DNA from: an uncultured Candidatus Bathyarchaeia archaeon
GTDB lineage: Archaea > Thermoproteota > Bathyarchaeia > 40CM-2-53-6 > CAVXDP01
Assembly: GCA_964464765.1 (NCBI GenBank)
Contig: CAYXJU010000003.1
Coordinates: 1-45,822, forward strand
Reading direction: 5' to 3'
Length of the DNA stretch: 45,822 nt
A model generated the notes under the pieces. That model saw nothing but the letters and a program-made list of their open reading frames with translations. It was not told the origin of the DNA and searched no databases. The position numbers and the translations under genes are program-made. This document shows positions 28,122 through 37,960 of this stretch, one piece after another (position 1 is the first letter of the stretch; the number at the start of each line of letters is the position of its first letter).

Positions 28122-29435
28122 CTATTTGAGCCACTCCGCTATCTTCTGACCCGCTGTTAATGTTTCAAGTTGTTCCCTTTCCCTTATGACTGCACATCTG
28201 CCATCTCTTACGAGAACCTCGGCGGAGCGTGGTCTAGAATTGTACTGGGAGCTCATGACAAACCCGTAAGCACCCGCATTTAATACCGCCAGGATGTCTC
28301 CGCTTCGAGTTTCCTCAAGTTTTCTGTCTCGTCCGAATGAGTCACCGGATTCGCATAGCGGCCCGACAATGTCACATGCCCTTTCAGTTCCGGGTCTGCT
28401 GGCATTTGCTAGAATTATCTCATGATATGAACCGTACATGGCTGGCCTGATCAGAGTGTTGAATCCCGCATCCACTCCAACGAATTCTTTGAATGGTGTC
28501 TTCTTGACAGAGTTGACTCTTGTGAGTAGGATTCCTGCATCGCAGACAATGTATCTTCCGGGTTCAATGCCCAAGGCAGGTTCCCCAAGCCCATATTCTG
28601 ATACGTGATTCTTGAACAGAGAGACGATATGTTCGCTTGTCTTTTCCAAGTCAATCTCCTGTTCTTCAGGTTTGTATGGGACGCCGAAGCCTCCTCCGAT
28701 GTCTACAAATTCGAAGTTCACTCCAAGATTATCATGCACTTCCTTAGCAATAGTCAGAAGATTTTCTATTGCTTCAAAGTAGGGTGCGGGATCTAGTATG
28801 CCAGATCCAATATGCATCTGAATTCCGAATCTCTCTACCCCAGCATCTTTGGCCATCTTATATGCCTGATGTGCATCCTTCTTGAGCAGCCCAAATTTGG
28901 AGTCTCTTAAACCTGTAACGCAATGTTCGTGGTGGCCTGCCCCAACTTCAGGATTCACTCTAACCGATACGATGGATGGCTTTGTTTTTCCAAGAAGCTG
29001 TTCCATCTGATGAAGAGAATCTACATTTATCGTGACATGCGATTTGATTGCGTAGTCAAGCTCCTCTTCGCTCACACTTGTTCCAGTGTAAAGGATACGT
29101 TCTGGATCGACGCCCGACCTCAAAGCAAGATGTATTTCACCCGGTGAGAGCACGTCTAGGAAACTTCCTTCGTCACGCAGAATCATAAGGACCGATAGGT
29201 TCGTGTTTGCTTTTGCTGCATAATAGATTCTTGTCTTGTCGTAGCGTTCGTGAAATGCCTTGTTCAATCTTCGATAGTTGTCGCGGATTCTGCCTTCACT
29301 CAAGACGTACAGCGGCGTTCCGAATCTAGAGGCAAGCTCAACAAGTGCCGTTTTTTCAAAGTACAATGCTCCATATTTTCTTTCGAGCAGTCCGCTTCTG
29401 AATAGACTAGGCTGAGACAAATATTCAATCACCAT
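28122..29435 (-). CDS. lysA: Diaminopimelate decarboxylase
   Basis: GTPLYV, YAAKAN, SKFG, HIGS, DIGGG, EPGR, GPLCESGD, GAYG, YNSRPR. Confidence 0.96.
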   Translation of the reverse strand: MVIEYLSQPSLFRSGLLERKYGALYFEKTALVELASRFGTPLYVLSEGRIRDNYRRLNKAFHERYDKTRIYYAAKANTNLSVLMILRDEGSFLDVLSPGEIHLALRSGVDPERILYTGTSVSEEELDYAIKSHVTINVDSLHQMEQLLGKTKPSIVSVRVNPEVGAGHHEHCVTGLRDSKFGLLKKDAHQAYKMAKDAGVERFGIQMHIGSGILDPAPYFEAIENLLTIAKEVHDNLGVNFEFVDIGGGFGVPYKPEEQEIDLEKTSEHIVSLFKNHVSEYGLGEPALGIEPGRYIVCDAGILLTRVNSVKKTPFKEFVGVDAGFNTLIRPAMYGSYHEIILANASRPGTERACDIVGPLCESGDSFGRDRKLEETRSGDILAVLNAGAYGFVMSSQYNSRPRSAEVLVRDGRCAVIREREQLETLTAGQKIAEWLK

Positions 29436-29452
29436 TTAGCGAGTTTCAATCT

Positions 29453-30250
29453 CTACTGTCGTAGAACATCTTCCATGGCATAGACTGTGGGGGCGGATTG
29501 TTTGTTCAACCATTCCGCTGCGTACAATACTCCTTGAGCAAATACACTCCTTGAGAATGCAATATGCTCTATTCTGATCATTTCGTGTTGACCTGCAATT
29601 ATCACATCATGTACTCCAGGAATTCCTCCAGCTCTTACAGAAAGCAATTCCAGTTGCCCCTCATGCCTCTTCGACATACCTTCTCTTCCATAGATCCTTT
29701 CTGAATAGCCTCGCAAAGCCGAGAGTATGTCACCGATCTTTTTTGCGGTTCCGCTCGGTGCATCAGCTTTTCCCGAGTGATGCGCCTCCACCACACTGAA
29801 GTCGTATCCTTCTGGAAACAGTCTGCACATCTCCAACATCTTGAACAATATGTTTACCCCAATGGAGAAATTGGGTGATATGACTGCAGGAACTTTCCCA
29901 TTCAAGATTCCCCTTACCCTCCGCATTTGATCATCTGTGAATCCGGTTGTTCCCATAACCACTTTCTTACCTAGTCGAACCGCCGTGGGAATATTCGTTA
30001 ACTCTGCTGAGGGAGTTGTGAACGAAACATAGACATCTGCGTCTCCAAGAGCTTGCTCAAGACCTTGTTGGGGAACTATCTTCAGATCTGCGGGCGACAG
30101 CCCAAGTTGCCCCAAACTTTTCCCCACATTTTCACTGTCCGGAACAGTGACGGCGCCAACGACTTCGAAGTTTCTGGATGCTGCCTCTCTGATTACTGTG
30201 CTTCCCATCCTTCCGTCTGCGCCAACAACGCATATCTTAGTAGGTTTCAT
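29453..30250 (-). CDS. dapB: 4-hydroxy-tetrahydrodipicolinate reductase
   Basis: GADGRMG, GTTGF, PNFSIG, EAHHSGKADAPSGTA. Confidence 0.96.
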   Translation of the reverse strand: MKPTKICVVGADGRMGSTVIREAASRNFEVVGAVTVPDSENVGKSLGQLGLSPADLKIVPQQGLEQALGDADVYVSFTTPSAELTNIPTAVRLGKKVVMGTTGFTDDQMRRVRGILNGKVPAVISPNFSIGVNILFKMLEMCRLFPEGYDFSVVEAHHSGKADAPSGTAKKIGDILSALRGYSERIYGREGMSKRHEGQLELLSVRAGGIPGVHDVIIAGQHEMIRIEHIAFSRSVFAQGVLYAAEWLNKQSAPTVYAMEDVLRQ

Positions 30251-31277
30251 AGCGAAGGTCCCTCCAGTATCGATCCTCGTAAAGCCTCTTTTGAAGGTCT
30301 ACATCAAAAAACTCCTCAACAGGTTGGAGTATCTCTGGGTTGTTCTTGTACACTGCTCGCGCTTTCTCCAAAAGGAGTTCAACACCCTTTCTTGTCATCT
30401 TGCCAAGTGGGGCTCTGCACGGTCCAGCAGGCATTCCAATTATGTTCATAAGTGTCTTGCAGGGCAATGGGTTTCTCGCCTTGCATGGAACCGTGCCCTG
30501 AGTAGTTGTTTCGTCAGTTTTTACAGTGACTGTTTGGAATAGGGGTTTAAGTGCTTCTGCAAATCTACTTGCCTTCTCAAGCTGACCGCCTAGAATAGAT
30601 TCGCACATTTCGTGAACAGCTTTCGGTGCAATATTAGATACAACGGATATGACACCACATGCTCTAATGTCATTCATCGTCATGAGCTCGTAAGTTCTAT
30701 CATCGTCTCCCGAGAGTATATCGAACTTATCGCCACAAAGTCTCCGTGTCAGTCGAGCATTATCAAAATCTCCCGTAGCCTCCTTGACTGCATTCACGTT
30801 TCTACAGGTTTCGTGAAGAATTGCAAGATCCTGTGGCATAATCTGCGTTCCAGTCCTCCCGGGTATGACGTACGGGATCAACTGCATTCCCGGAACATTT
30901 CTTGCGATATACTCATAGTGCTCCTTTCTGATCTCGATAGAGCTTGGACCATTATAATACGGATCTACCAACAAAGCTGCCTTAGCGCCAAGGTCCGAAC
31001 TTTTCTTGGTTGCTTCAAGAGCCTCCTCGGTGCTATTGCTACCCGTCCCCGCGACTACAAGGAACCTTTCACCTCCAGAGTTGAGCGCTCGCTCAATGAC
31101 CGTCATATGTTCATCCCAACTCAGAGTTGGAGACTCGCCAGTAGTCCCAACCATAACAACACCACTAGTTCTTGATTGAGCCTGGAAATCCAACAGTCTC
31201 CCAAGACCATCGTAGTCAACTGTAGAATCTCTCATTGGCGTGACTAGGGCTGTGTAGCACCCGCTGAACAAATTCAT
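30237..31277 (-). CDS. dapA: 4-hydroxy-tetrahydrodipicolinate synthase
   Basis: ALVTP, GTTGES, GTGSNST, PYYN, PGRTG, VKEATG, SGDD. Confidence 0.95.
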   Translation of the reverse strand: MNLFSGCYTALVTPMRDSTVDYDGLGRLLDFQAQSRTSGVVMVGTTGESPTLSWDEHMTVIERALNSGGERFLVVAGTGSNSTEEALEATKKSSDLGAKAALLVDPYYNGPSSIEIRKEHYEYIARNVPGMQLIPYVIPGRTGTQIMPQDLAILHETCRNVNAVKEATGDFDNARLTRRLCGDKFDILSGDDDRTYELMTMNDIRACGVISVVSNIAPKAVHEMCESILGGQLEKASRFAEALKPLFQTVTVKTDETTTQGTVPCKARNPLPCKTLMNIIGMPAGPCRAPLGKMTRKGVELLLEKARAVYKNNPEILQPVEEFFDVDLQKRLYEDRYWRDLRYETY

Positions 31278-31314
31278 GTTTTCACCATACGAATTGGGCC
31301 ATCATGGATACGCT

Positions 31315-31342
31315 TCTTAAAAAAACTTTCGTATGTTCCTAC
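31315..31342 (-). promoter_or_regulatory. dap operon promoter (BRE plus TATA) with adjoining candidate regulator site
   Basis: Minus strand reads GTAGGAACATACGAAAG-TTTTTTTAAG about 40 nt upstream of dapA ATG (GGTGA RBS). Confidence 0.55.
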
Positions 31343-31495
31343 GTGTTTAGTAGTTCTTTTACGAATAACGTAGTTTCGATACCTACAGTCGCAACTTCTT
31401 GAAAAGCCGGAGACTATTGTTTTCACAAGCGTAGTCTTACTGTCTCACTGTAACGAAACTCGTAGAGGTCCATCTCTTGAATGAATCGACGGGTA

Positions 31496-31741
31496 TTAGA
31501 TCGAATAACCGTTCGCTCTCAGAGAATCCAACAGTGCCTGTCTATTGAAACCAACAACAACTGTTCCATTAACGTCTATGACCGGGACCCCCCTTTGACC
31601 CGTCCTATTCACCATCTCTTGAGCAGCAACTGGATCTGCTGCCACATCCACTTCCCGAAATGAAACACCAATCAATGTCAGAAACTCTTTGGCCGCGTTG
31701 CAGTAAGAACATGTCGGAGTAGTGTAGACCGTAACGTTCAT
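31496..31741 (-). CDS. Glutaredoxin-like protein (NrdH/YruB type)
   Basis: VYTTPTCSYC, GQRGVPVI, VVGFN. Confidence 0.92.
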   Translation of the reverse strand: MNVTVYTTPTCSYCNAAKEFLTLIGVSFREVDVAADPVAAQEMVNRTGQRGVPVIDVNGTVVVGFNRQALLDSLRANGYSI

Positions 31742-31852
31742 TTTGTTACACTCGTTGCGAGGGTTTTGCGCTGCACGCTAATAAGATTTTTCCAGTTGCA
31801 ACGCACTTCAAATATGTATTCAGTGTTCTGATTCGTAGAGAAGTGCACACAT

Positions 31853-33076
31853 ATGCTAGAGGCCCTTGATGCACTGATGACGGAGCGAAGAATCGACGCA
31901 GTGTTGGTCTATGGGAGTAGTACCTTCGGAAATCCTGAGCTATGCTACGTTGTAGGCGCAAATCTCGCAAGGGGCGGGATATACGTGAAGCAGAGAATGA
32001 AAGATCCGGTTCTAATTGTTAGCAACATAGACTCAGGAGAAGCGTCTAAGGGTCTCGTGAAAGACGTCAGAACCTATTCAGAATATGGATACGAAAGACT
32101 TGTAGCGAGGTATGGCAGGAACAAAGCAGGTTCATTACTGTTCGATCGAATTCTTAAGAAGCACAGAACAAAAGGCAGGATTGGACTCTACGGTAGGAAT
32201 GATGCAAACGATGTTCTAGAACTGTCAAAGCGTCTTCGAAGACTAGGATACACAATTGTTGGAGAACCGCATCCAAGTGTTCTTGAAGCTGCAATGGAGA
32301 CAAAGACTCTCCTTGAAACAGATAAGATCGGAAATGTGGGCAAAAAGACCGAGAGAGTTGTCAAGAAGATTATCGAATTCCTGAAGAACTGCGAAATAGA
32401 GGGAGAGTATCTGACGCATGAAGCAAAGAAAGTGACCGTAGGAATCGTTAAGGTTCTTACTAGACGCTATCTTGCTGAAGAAAACCTTGTGGCTCCAGAA
32501 GATGTGATTATTGCCGTGGGGCCAAAATCTGCTGACCCTCACTATCCTGGAGTCGATAGTGACCTCGTTATGATTGATCAACCGATTGTTTTCGATATCT
32601 TCCCAGAAGAAATAGGAGGCTACTGTTTCGATATGACAAGAACATTTGTTTTCGGCAAAGCGTCAGAGAGAATTAGAAAGATGTATGAGGCGGTGCGTGA
32701 AGCTCAACAAATCACTTTTGATCTCATCGAAGAAGGAAGGAGGGCAGAGACATTGATGAACACCGTTTGTGATCATTTTGCAGGTAATGGATTCAAAACT
32801 ATCCGCGACCTCGTAAGGGGTGTTAAAGAAGCTGAAAAGGTGGGTTTTGTTCATTCGTTGGGGCATGGTGTGGGCTTGACAATAGGTGAGAGACCGTATT
32901 TGTCGTTGAATAGTGACGACGTTTTAAAGTCTGGGAACGTCTTTACGGTCGAACCTGGACTCTATGACCCTGAATTTGGCGGAGTGAGGATTGAAGACGT
33001 GGTTGCTTTGACAGAGTCGGGTGTGACTAACTTGACAAGTTACGAGAAAACGTTAGATGCTGAAATGTTAAAGTAG
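31853..33076 (+). CDS. M24 aminopeptidase P family protein
   Basis: DIFP..FDMTRT, HSLGHGVGL, FTVEPGLY, GGVRIED. Confidence 0.92.
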   Translation: MLEALDALMTERRIDAVLVYGSSTFGNPELCYVVGANLARGGIYVKQRMKDPVLIVSNIDSGEASKGLVKDVRTYSEYGYERLVARYGRNKAGSLLFDRILKKHRTKGRIGLYGRNDANDVLELSKRLRRLGYTIVGEPHPSVLEAAMETKTLLETDKIGNVGKKTERVVKKIIEFLKNCEIEGEYLTHEAKKVTVGIVKVLTRRYLAEENLVAPEDVIIAVGPKSADPHYPGVDSDLVMIDQPIVFDIFPEEIGGYCFDMTRTFVFGKASERIRKMYEAVREAQQITFDLIEEGRRAETLMNTVCDHFAGNGFKTIRDLVRGVKEAEKVGFVHSLGHGVGLTIGERPYLSLNSDDVLKSGNVFTVEPGLYDPEFGGVRIEDVVALTESGVTNLTSYEKTLDAEMLK

Positions 33077-33089
33077 AGAGATGGTTTGA

Positions 33090-33557
33090 ATGATTCTTGA
33101 GCGTCTGGTCTCGTCGGGCGGCGTCGTTTTTCGAAGGGCCGACTCGCAAATCTTCTATCTTCTCCTAGGGTTCAAACGCAGGAATATTTGGTGTCTTCCC
33201 AAGGGCTTGATTGAGCAGGGTGAAACTGAGGTTGAGGCGGCGACGCGTGAAGTTAGAGAGGAGACTGGAGTGAGCGATCTCAAACTTGTTGACAAGATAG
33301 GCACTATCAGGTATCAATTTGGTTACAGGGAGAAGCGGTTTGACAAGACCGTCCATTTCTTTCTTTTCGAAACCAATCAAGTTGAGACAACGGTAGGAAC
33401 AGAGCACGATGTCTACGCGTGGTTACCCTTCGAGAAAGCTATCAAAACGATGTCGTATCCAAACGAAAGAGACACCCTTGAAAGAGCTAACTTGATGGTC
33501 ACAGCTTTGATTAAAGAGCAGTCGACGACCGAGACTTCACAGGGGAACGAATCTTAG
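33090..33557 (+). CDS. NUDIX hydrolase (Ap4A hydrolase-like)
   Basis: SSGGVVF, LPKGLIEQGETEVEAATREVREETG Nudix box. Confidence 0.92.
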   Translation: MILERLVSSGGVVFRRADSQIFYLLLGFKRRNIWCLPKGLIEQGETEVEAATREVREETGVSDLKLVDKIGTIRYQFGYREKRFDKTVHFFLFETNQVETTVGTEHDVYAWLPFEKAIKTMSYPNERDTLERANLMVTALIKEQSTTETSQGNES

Positions 33558-33580
33558 AAACCTAAGCCAGCACCCATTAT

Positions 33581-34093
33581 CTATGGTGGGTTACTGCATG
33601 TGCATGGACATTTGAATGAACCCTGAAGATGATTGTAGACTTCAGTTGTTTCCTCTAACGTCCTGTCGGTCTGTGAAGATCCATAAACCACAAAGTATCT
33701 ACCAGATTTTTCACAGCGTAGATGAGCCGCCCAGAGTTCTCGCTGACCCACGCTTTTGCTAAAGAGCGAAGTGGATCTTACAGTTGCACTGATGCGTGTA
33801 TAGACCGCTCTATGACCACATACCTGAAACTCCTTTTGGTCAAGTACCTGAATGCCCCCAATCTGTCCATCTTTCTTAATCCTTTGGACACTCGCCTTAA
33901 CTTGGTCATCCAGAGTAGCAAACTTTTTTTGAATAGAATCTATCAGCCCCCAAGAAACGAACATCCTAGTTCCATCTTGCGCCTTGAAGGCAACATCACC
34001 CTTGGCATGCTCCGACTTCGGGTTCAACTCAACTCTCCAAGTGCTGGGGTAACCTACTTGAAAACCGTACACCGCGAATTGATCGTAATCCAT
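33581..34093 (-). CDS. Hypothetical protein, possible PsbP/Mog1-like fold
   Basis: FQVGYPSTW start and SFKC end resemble PsbP-like domains; start codon uncertain. Confidence 0.6.
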   Translation of the reverse strand: MDYDQFAVYGFQVGYPSTWRVELNPKSEHAKGDVAFKAQDGTRMFVSWGLIDSIQKKFATLDDQVKASVQRIKKDGQIGGIQVLDQKEFQVCGHRAVYTRISATVRSTSLFSKSVGQRELWAAHLRCEKSGRYFVVYGSSQTDRTLEETTEVYNHLQGSFKCPCTCSNPP

Positions 34094-34302
34094 TTCCTTC
34101 GTCACGATATCTCCGCTAGGATCACCTACTCCTAATAAAGTCTGGGGTAAAATCAACCTCGCGAAACCATTGCAGACCCACTGCCCCGACAACCTGATGG
34201 AAGACACTCGTGCGGATCACCAAAACCAAACTTGACAGGGTCTCGAGATCCTTCAACAAAGCTTATCACGCTAGATACCTAACCACTGCTTAGAGGATAC
34301 TT

Positions 34303-34533
34303 ATGGAAGCTTTTGTTCTCTTACGTGCAACAGGTGATCATCGAATTCTCATGAGGTCATTAGCACGTGACAGGAATGTTACGAGAATCTACAATATCTC
34401 TGGAGACAATGATATTCTGATTGAAATCAGCTCAAAGAACTTGGAAGAGTTTAAAGATGTTCTAAACCGTATAAGGTCGACGAAGGGAGTAATCAGCGCC
34501 GCATCCTACATAGTCCTTGTAAAATACAAGTAG
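34303..34533 (+). CDS. Stand-alone Lrp/AsnC ligand-binding (RAM) domain protein
   Basis: MEAFVLL...ISGDNDILI...IRSTKGV; no HTH. Confidence 0.85.
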   Translation: MEAFVLLRATGDHRILMRSLARDRNVTRIYNISGDNDILIEISSKNLEEFKDVLNRIRSTKGVISAASYIVLVKYK

Positions 34534-34534
34534 G

Positions 34535-34990
34535 CTACGGAACGTAGCTAAGCTCATCCTTTGTGGTAAAGACAGTAATGATTGTATGGGTTCTAACAAC
34601 TCCCTCTAGAGCTCGAATCTTCGACATAACCAACTGCTGAAGTTCGTCAATATTATTGGCAACGGCCTCCACAAGAAGATCGAAATCTCCAGTTGTACCC
34701 TTCACCTTAAGTATCTCCCGATTCCTTGCGATTTTCTCAGCAAGCTGTCTCTCCTTTCCAGGAACTGTCGATACAAACACGTAAGCGGATACATTCTTCC
34801 CATAGATCTTAGAATCTACAAGAATACATTTTCGATAAGCACCCTTAACCTTCATTTTCTTAAGACGATTGTGAATAGTTACAGAGGTTGTTCCCAGTCT
34901 TGAAGCCATATCCGCATATGTCAATTCTGGATTCTTATACAACATCTGCAGTATCTTGAAATCCGTCTCTCCGACTCTCTGACGCCTCAA
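34535..34990 (-). CDS. Lrp/AsnC family regulator
   Basis: DFKILQML...TIHNRLKKM HTH; TTGDFDLL; GVVRTHT. Confidence 0.9.
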   Translation of the reverse strand: MRRQRVGETDFKILQMLYKNPELTYADMASRLGTTSVTIHNRLKKMKVKGAYRKCILVDSKIYGKNVSAYVFVSTVPGKERQLAEKIARNREILKVKGTTGDFDLLVEAVANNIDELQQLVMSKIRALEGVVRTHTIITVFTTKDELSYVP

Positions 34991-35298
34991 ACAACTCTCA
35001 CACTCATCCAGTAATGTCCAATCCTTATTTGAATACTTGGATTAAGCATCATACGAACCGGTGACCTACATGTAAGATGTCTGTCGAATGAAACCAAAAT
35101 CGTCGTTCTATTGCACGATTGGAGATTCCTGCAAAACGATCTTGATTAGAGAATCCATGGGACTGAAACTCCATATCCACTGTTTTTGATTGGCATAATC
35201 TGGGCACTATCAGGCTAACATGGCGTGGACAGCAGATTGGTCCGACAAGTTTCTTAGAAAAAGGAATTAGGTCGCGTTGTCCGAATTTGGATTCATAC

Positions 35299-36090
35299 CT
35301 ACCTTACGACTTCTTCCACTTCATTGTACCATTTCTGTTTGGTTCCGATTCTTGCTCTCATTTTCCACTTGAATGATTTTGGACGTTCCTCGATAGCTTT
35401 GAGAAGTAAATCCAAATTCAGTTTCAACTTCTGCTTCTCTTGAGGCGGTATGACCTCAAAGTCATCGACACGCTGCCTAATCTTGTTCAAGTTCGTCGTG
35501 AACGTGTGGTAGAAACCCCAGTCCTCGGCTAGGAGTCGGGATATGTAATCTGCGTTGACCGTTTCTTTGTCATTGTCTCCTATATCATGCTCAATGAGTA
35601 GAACGATTGTGTCTTTCACGTCCTTTTCGTTCAGCTTAACTATTTGCATTTTTGCCAACAAATAGTCGGTGAGTGACACTGTAGGGTAATCGATTTCCAA
35701 GCGTCCCTCAAACTCTATGACATGACACATCTCCAGTCTGTCCAAGAATATGTCGCAGATGCGTTTGTTGCTCCTGTCGTAGAAGAATTTTCTATATCTT
35801 AAACCGCGATCCATCATTGCGCTAAGGTACTGTTTTGTGTCATATCCTAGATCTGCAAAGACTTTGTCAATATCCTCAGACTGTTTCTCGTACCCTACAA
35901 AATCTAGATCAGTCAACTCCCTCCCTAGCGCCTTGTGCAATTCTATGTGATTAGAGCAGTGAATTCTAAGGGCTGCTGCACCTATGACCCGAAGGGTCAC
36001 CCCTTTCTTTCTTGCATATTCAACGACTCTCAGAGCTTCCTGTAAATAATCTGAGAGAGGCTCCGAAGACACGTTAGAGGATTGAGTCAT
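35299..36090 (-). CDS. Uncharacterised nucleotidyltransferase-like protein
   Basis: LRVIGAAALRIH...RELTDLDFVG...CDIFLD (Pol-beta-like G..DxD..D pattern), LLAKMQI...KDVKD; TTAAATA box supports ATG 36090. Confidence 0.7.
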   Translation of the reverse strand: MTQSSNVSSEPLSDYLQEALRVVEYARKKGVTLRVIGAAALRIHCSNHIELHKALGRELTDLDFVGYEKQSEDIDKVFADLGYDTKQYLSAMMDRGLRYRKFFYDRSNKRICDIFLDRLEMCHVIEFEGRLEIDYPTVSLTDYLLAKMQIVKLNEKDVKDTIVLLIEHDIGDNDKETVNADYISRLLAEDWGFYHTFTTNLNKIRQRVDDFEVIPPQEKQKLKLNLDLLLKAIEERPKSFKWKMRARIGTKQKWYNEVEEVVR

Positions 36091-36219
36091 GTATTTCGCG
36101 CTCATATTTTGCGCAACGATATTTAACACTACCTTTCCAAACGAAGACATGAGAAAAAGTCGAAAACAGTGGGAAGACTTAAATTTCGTGGGATGTTTCT
36201 TAGCAATGGGGAAAATCTT

Positions 36220-37824
36220 TTGACACAAGAAGTATTCGTCAGGAAAGCATCAGGTCTCGTCAGAAGTGTTGGTGCATTCGACGCGCTCGTCATGTGCATT
36301 CTAATTCCAGGAATATTCTGGCCTTGGGTCTACCAACTCTGGGCTGTCGGCCTCTACGGTCCCGGTGTACATATGCCACTTTCGGCGTTACTGGCTATTG
36401 TGATGATGATTCCAAATGCTGTCATGTACGTGATGTTTTCGATAGCTATGCCAAGATCGGGAGGCGACTACATCTGGGTTGGACGCGTGCTTCATCCTGC
36501 GCTTGGCTTCACAGTGAACTGGTACATCACCTTGATACTGCTTAGTTGGGCAGGTCCTTTTGCGTCTTGGATAACAGAGTGGGGTATCGCTCCCGTATTT
36601 TGGACGTTCGGAACAATGACTGCCAATTCTGCGTTCATTGGCATTAGTGATTTCATTCTGATTCCACATGTCAAACTGGCCATTGGTACTGGAATACTCT
36701 TGATAATGGCGGTTCTATCGATACTGGGCTCGAAATGGGAGTTTAGGGCAGAGTGGGTCTCCGTGATTCTAGGGTACATAGGACTGGTTGTGTGGGTCGC
36801 GGTTATGCTTACCGGAGCTCCCATGTTTGCGGAGAGAATGGCCACGCTAACAAATGGACAGGTAACATTCCAAGGCGTTATCGATGCAGCCAAAACTGAT
36901 GGTTGGGACGTTGCAGCTGCGCTACCGACCGGCCTCGCAATCACGGGTTTTTCTACAACATATACGACGCTTAACTTTCTCGGTTACACAAACTCCGCCT
37001 ACATTGCTGGAGAGATGAAAGGCGTCACGAGATCGCACATAATCGCCATAATTGGATCGCTCTTCCTCTTCGGTTTCACAGCGTTTGGACTCTATATGGT
37101 CTATGATGCTGCATTAGGCGCAGTATTCATCAACAGCTTAGCACACCTAGACATATCAGGAAACCCGTACTACTGGAACTGGTTCCCAATCGAACCCCTT
37201 GGAAGCGTTCTGTCAATGTTCGCCACAGACAATCCATTGATCCCACCGTTCCTCTGCATAACGTTCTCTTTCGGCGCTTTCGGAGCGGCACTTGGATTGT
37301 TCCTTTCAAGTGTCAGAAACATATTCGCTTGGTCATTCGACAGAGTACTCCCTGCGTCACTCTCTCTGGTTGACAAACGCTTCAGATCACCTTACGCTGC
37401 CATAATCGCAATATTCGTGATTGCCTTCCTTGAAAACGCCCTGTACGTCTACACAACCGCTCTCAAATGGTTCCTCTACTCCATCTTGGCTTGGTGGATT
37501 GGCATGATAGTCGTGGCCATCGCTGGAATAGTATTCCCATGGAAGAGGAAAGACATATTCGACATGGCCCCTGAATTCGCCAAGAAGAAGATAGGCGGCG
37601 TACCCGTAATATCAATAGCTTCAGCGATATCTATACCCATATCATTGTACATAGCCGCTGCGTCTGTGAACCCAGCGATCTACGGAACCATCGACTTAAC
37701 CTACATAGCGACAACGATCATAACCTTCTTGATTGCCCCAGTAATCTACTACATCTCGTACGCATACTACAAGTCCAAGGGAATACCAATTAAGCTAGCT
37801 CACGAGAGAATTCCGCCAGAATGA
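36220..37824 (+). CDS. APC-family amino acid permease
   Basis: VFVRKASGLVR, MPRSGGDY, AGE, RNIFAWSFDRVLP, about 12-14 TM helices, terminal IPPE. Confidence 0.92.
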   Translation: MTQEVFVRKASGLVRSVGAFDALVMCILIPGIFWPWVYQLWAVGLYGPGVHMPLSALLAIVMMIPNAVMYVMFSIAMPRSGGDYIWVGRVLHPALGFTVNWYITLILLSWAGPFASWITEWGIAPVFWTFGTMTANSAFIGISDFILIPHVKLAIGTGILLIMAVLSILGSKWEFRAEWVSVILGYIGLVVWVAVMLTGAPMFAERMATLTNGQVTFQGVIDAAKTDGWDVAAALPTGLAITGFSTTYTTLNFLGYTNSAYIAGEMKGVTRSHIIAIIGSLFLFGFTAFGLYMVYDAALGAVFINSLAHLDISGNPYYWNWFPIEPLGSVLSMFATDNPLIPPFLCITFSFGAFGAALGLFLSSVRNIFAWSFDRVLPASLSLVDKRFRSPYAAIIAIFVIAFLENALYVYTTALKWFLYSILAWWIGMIVVAIAGIVFPWKRKDIFDMAPEFAKKKIGGVPVISIASAISIPISLYIAAASVNPAIYGTIDLTYIATTIITFLIAPVIYYISYAYYKSKGIPIKLAHERIPPE

Positions 37825-37834
37825 CGTGACTCAA

Positions 37835-37856
37835 ATTCCCTTCCTTCTTTTTTCCT
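37835..37856 (+). terminator. Oligo-pyrimidine terminator candidate
   Basis: ttcccttccttcttttttcc just after permease stop. Confidence 0.45.
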
Positions 37857-37960
37857 AGTATTTCTTAGATCTATTGGCATCTGATCTCTTTGTTGCAGGC
37901 CGCGTCAAACTCTTTAGATATTCAGATACGATAGTCCTAGCTGCAGGATCAGGTTCATCG

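Noticed and set aside
31278-31495. Lysine riboswitch upstream of dapA
   Set aside because: TATA box is about 40 nt from the ATG, leaving no room, and no L-box consensus is visible
34991-35298. 300-nt gap as small gene or ncRNA
   Set aside because: Only short ORFs without RBS; no convincing stem or C/D box pattern found by eye
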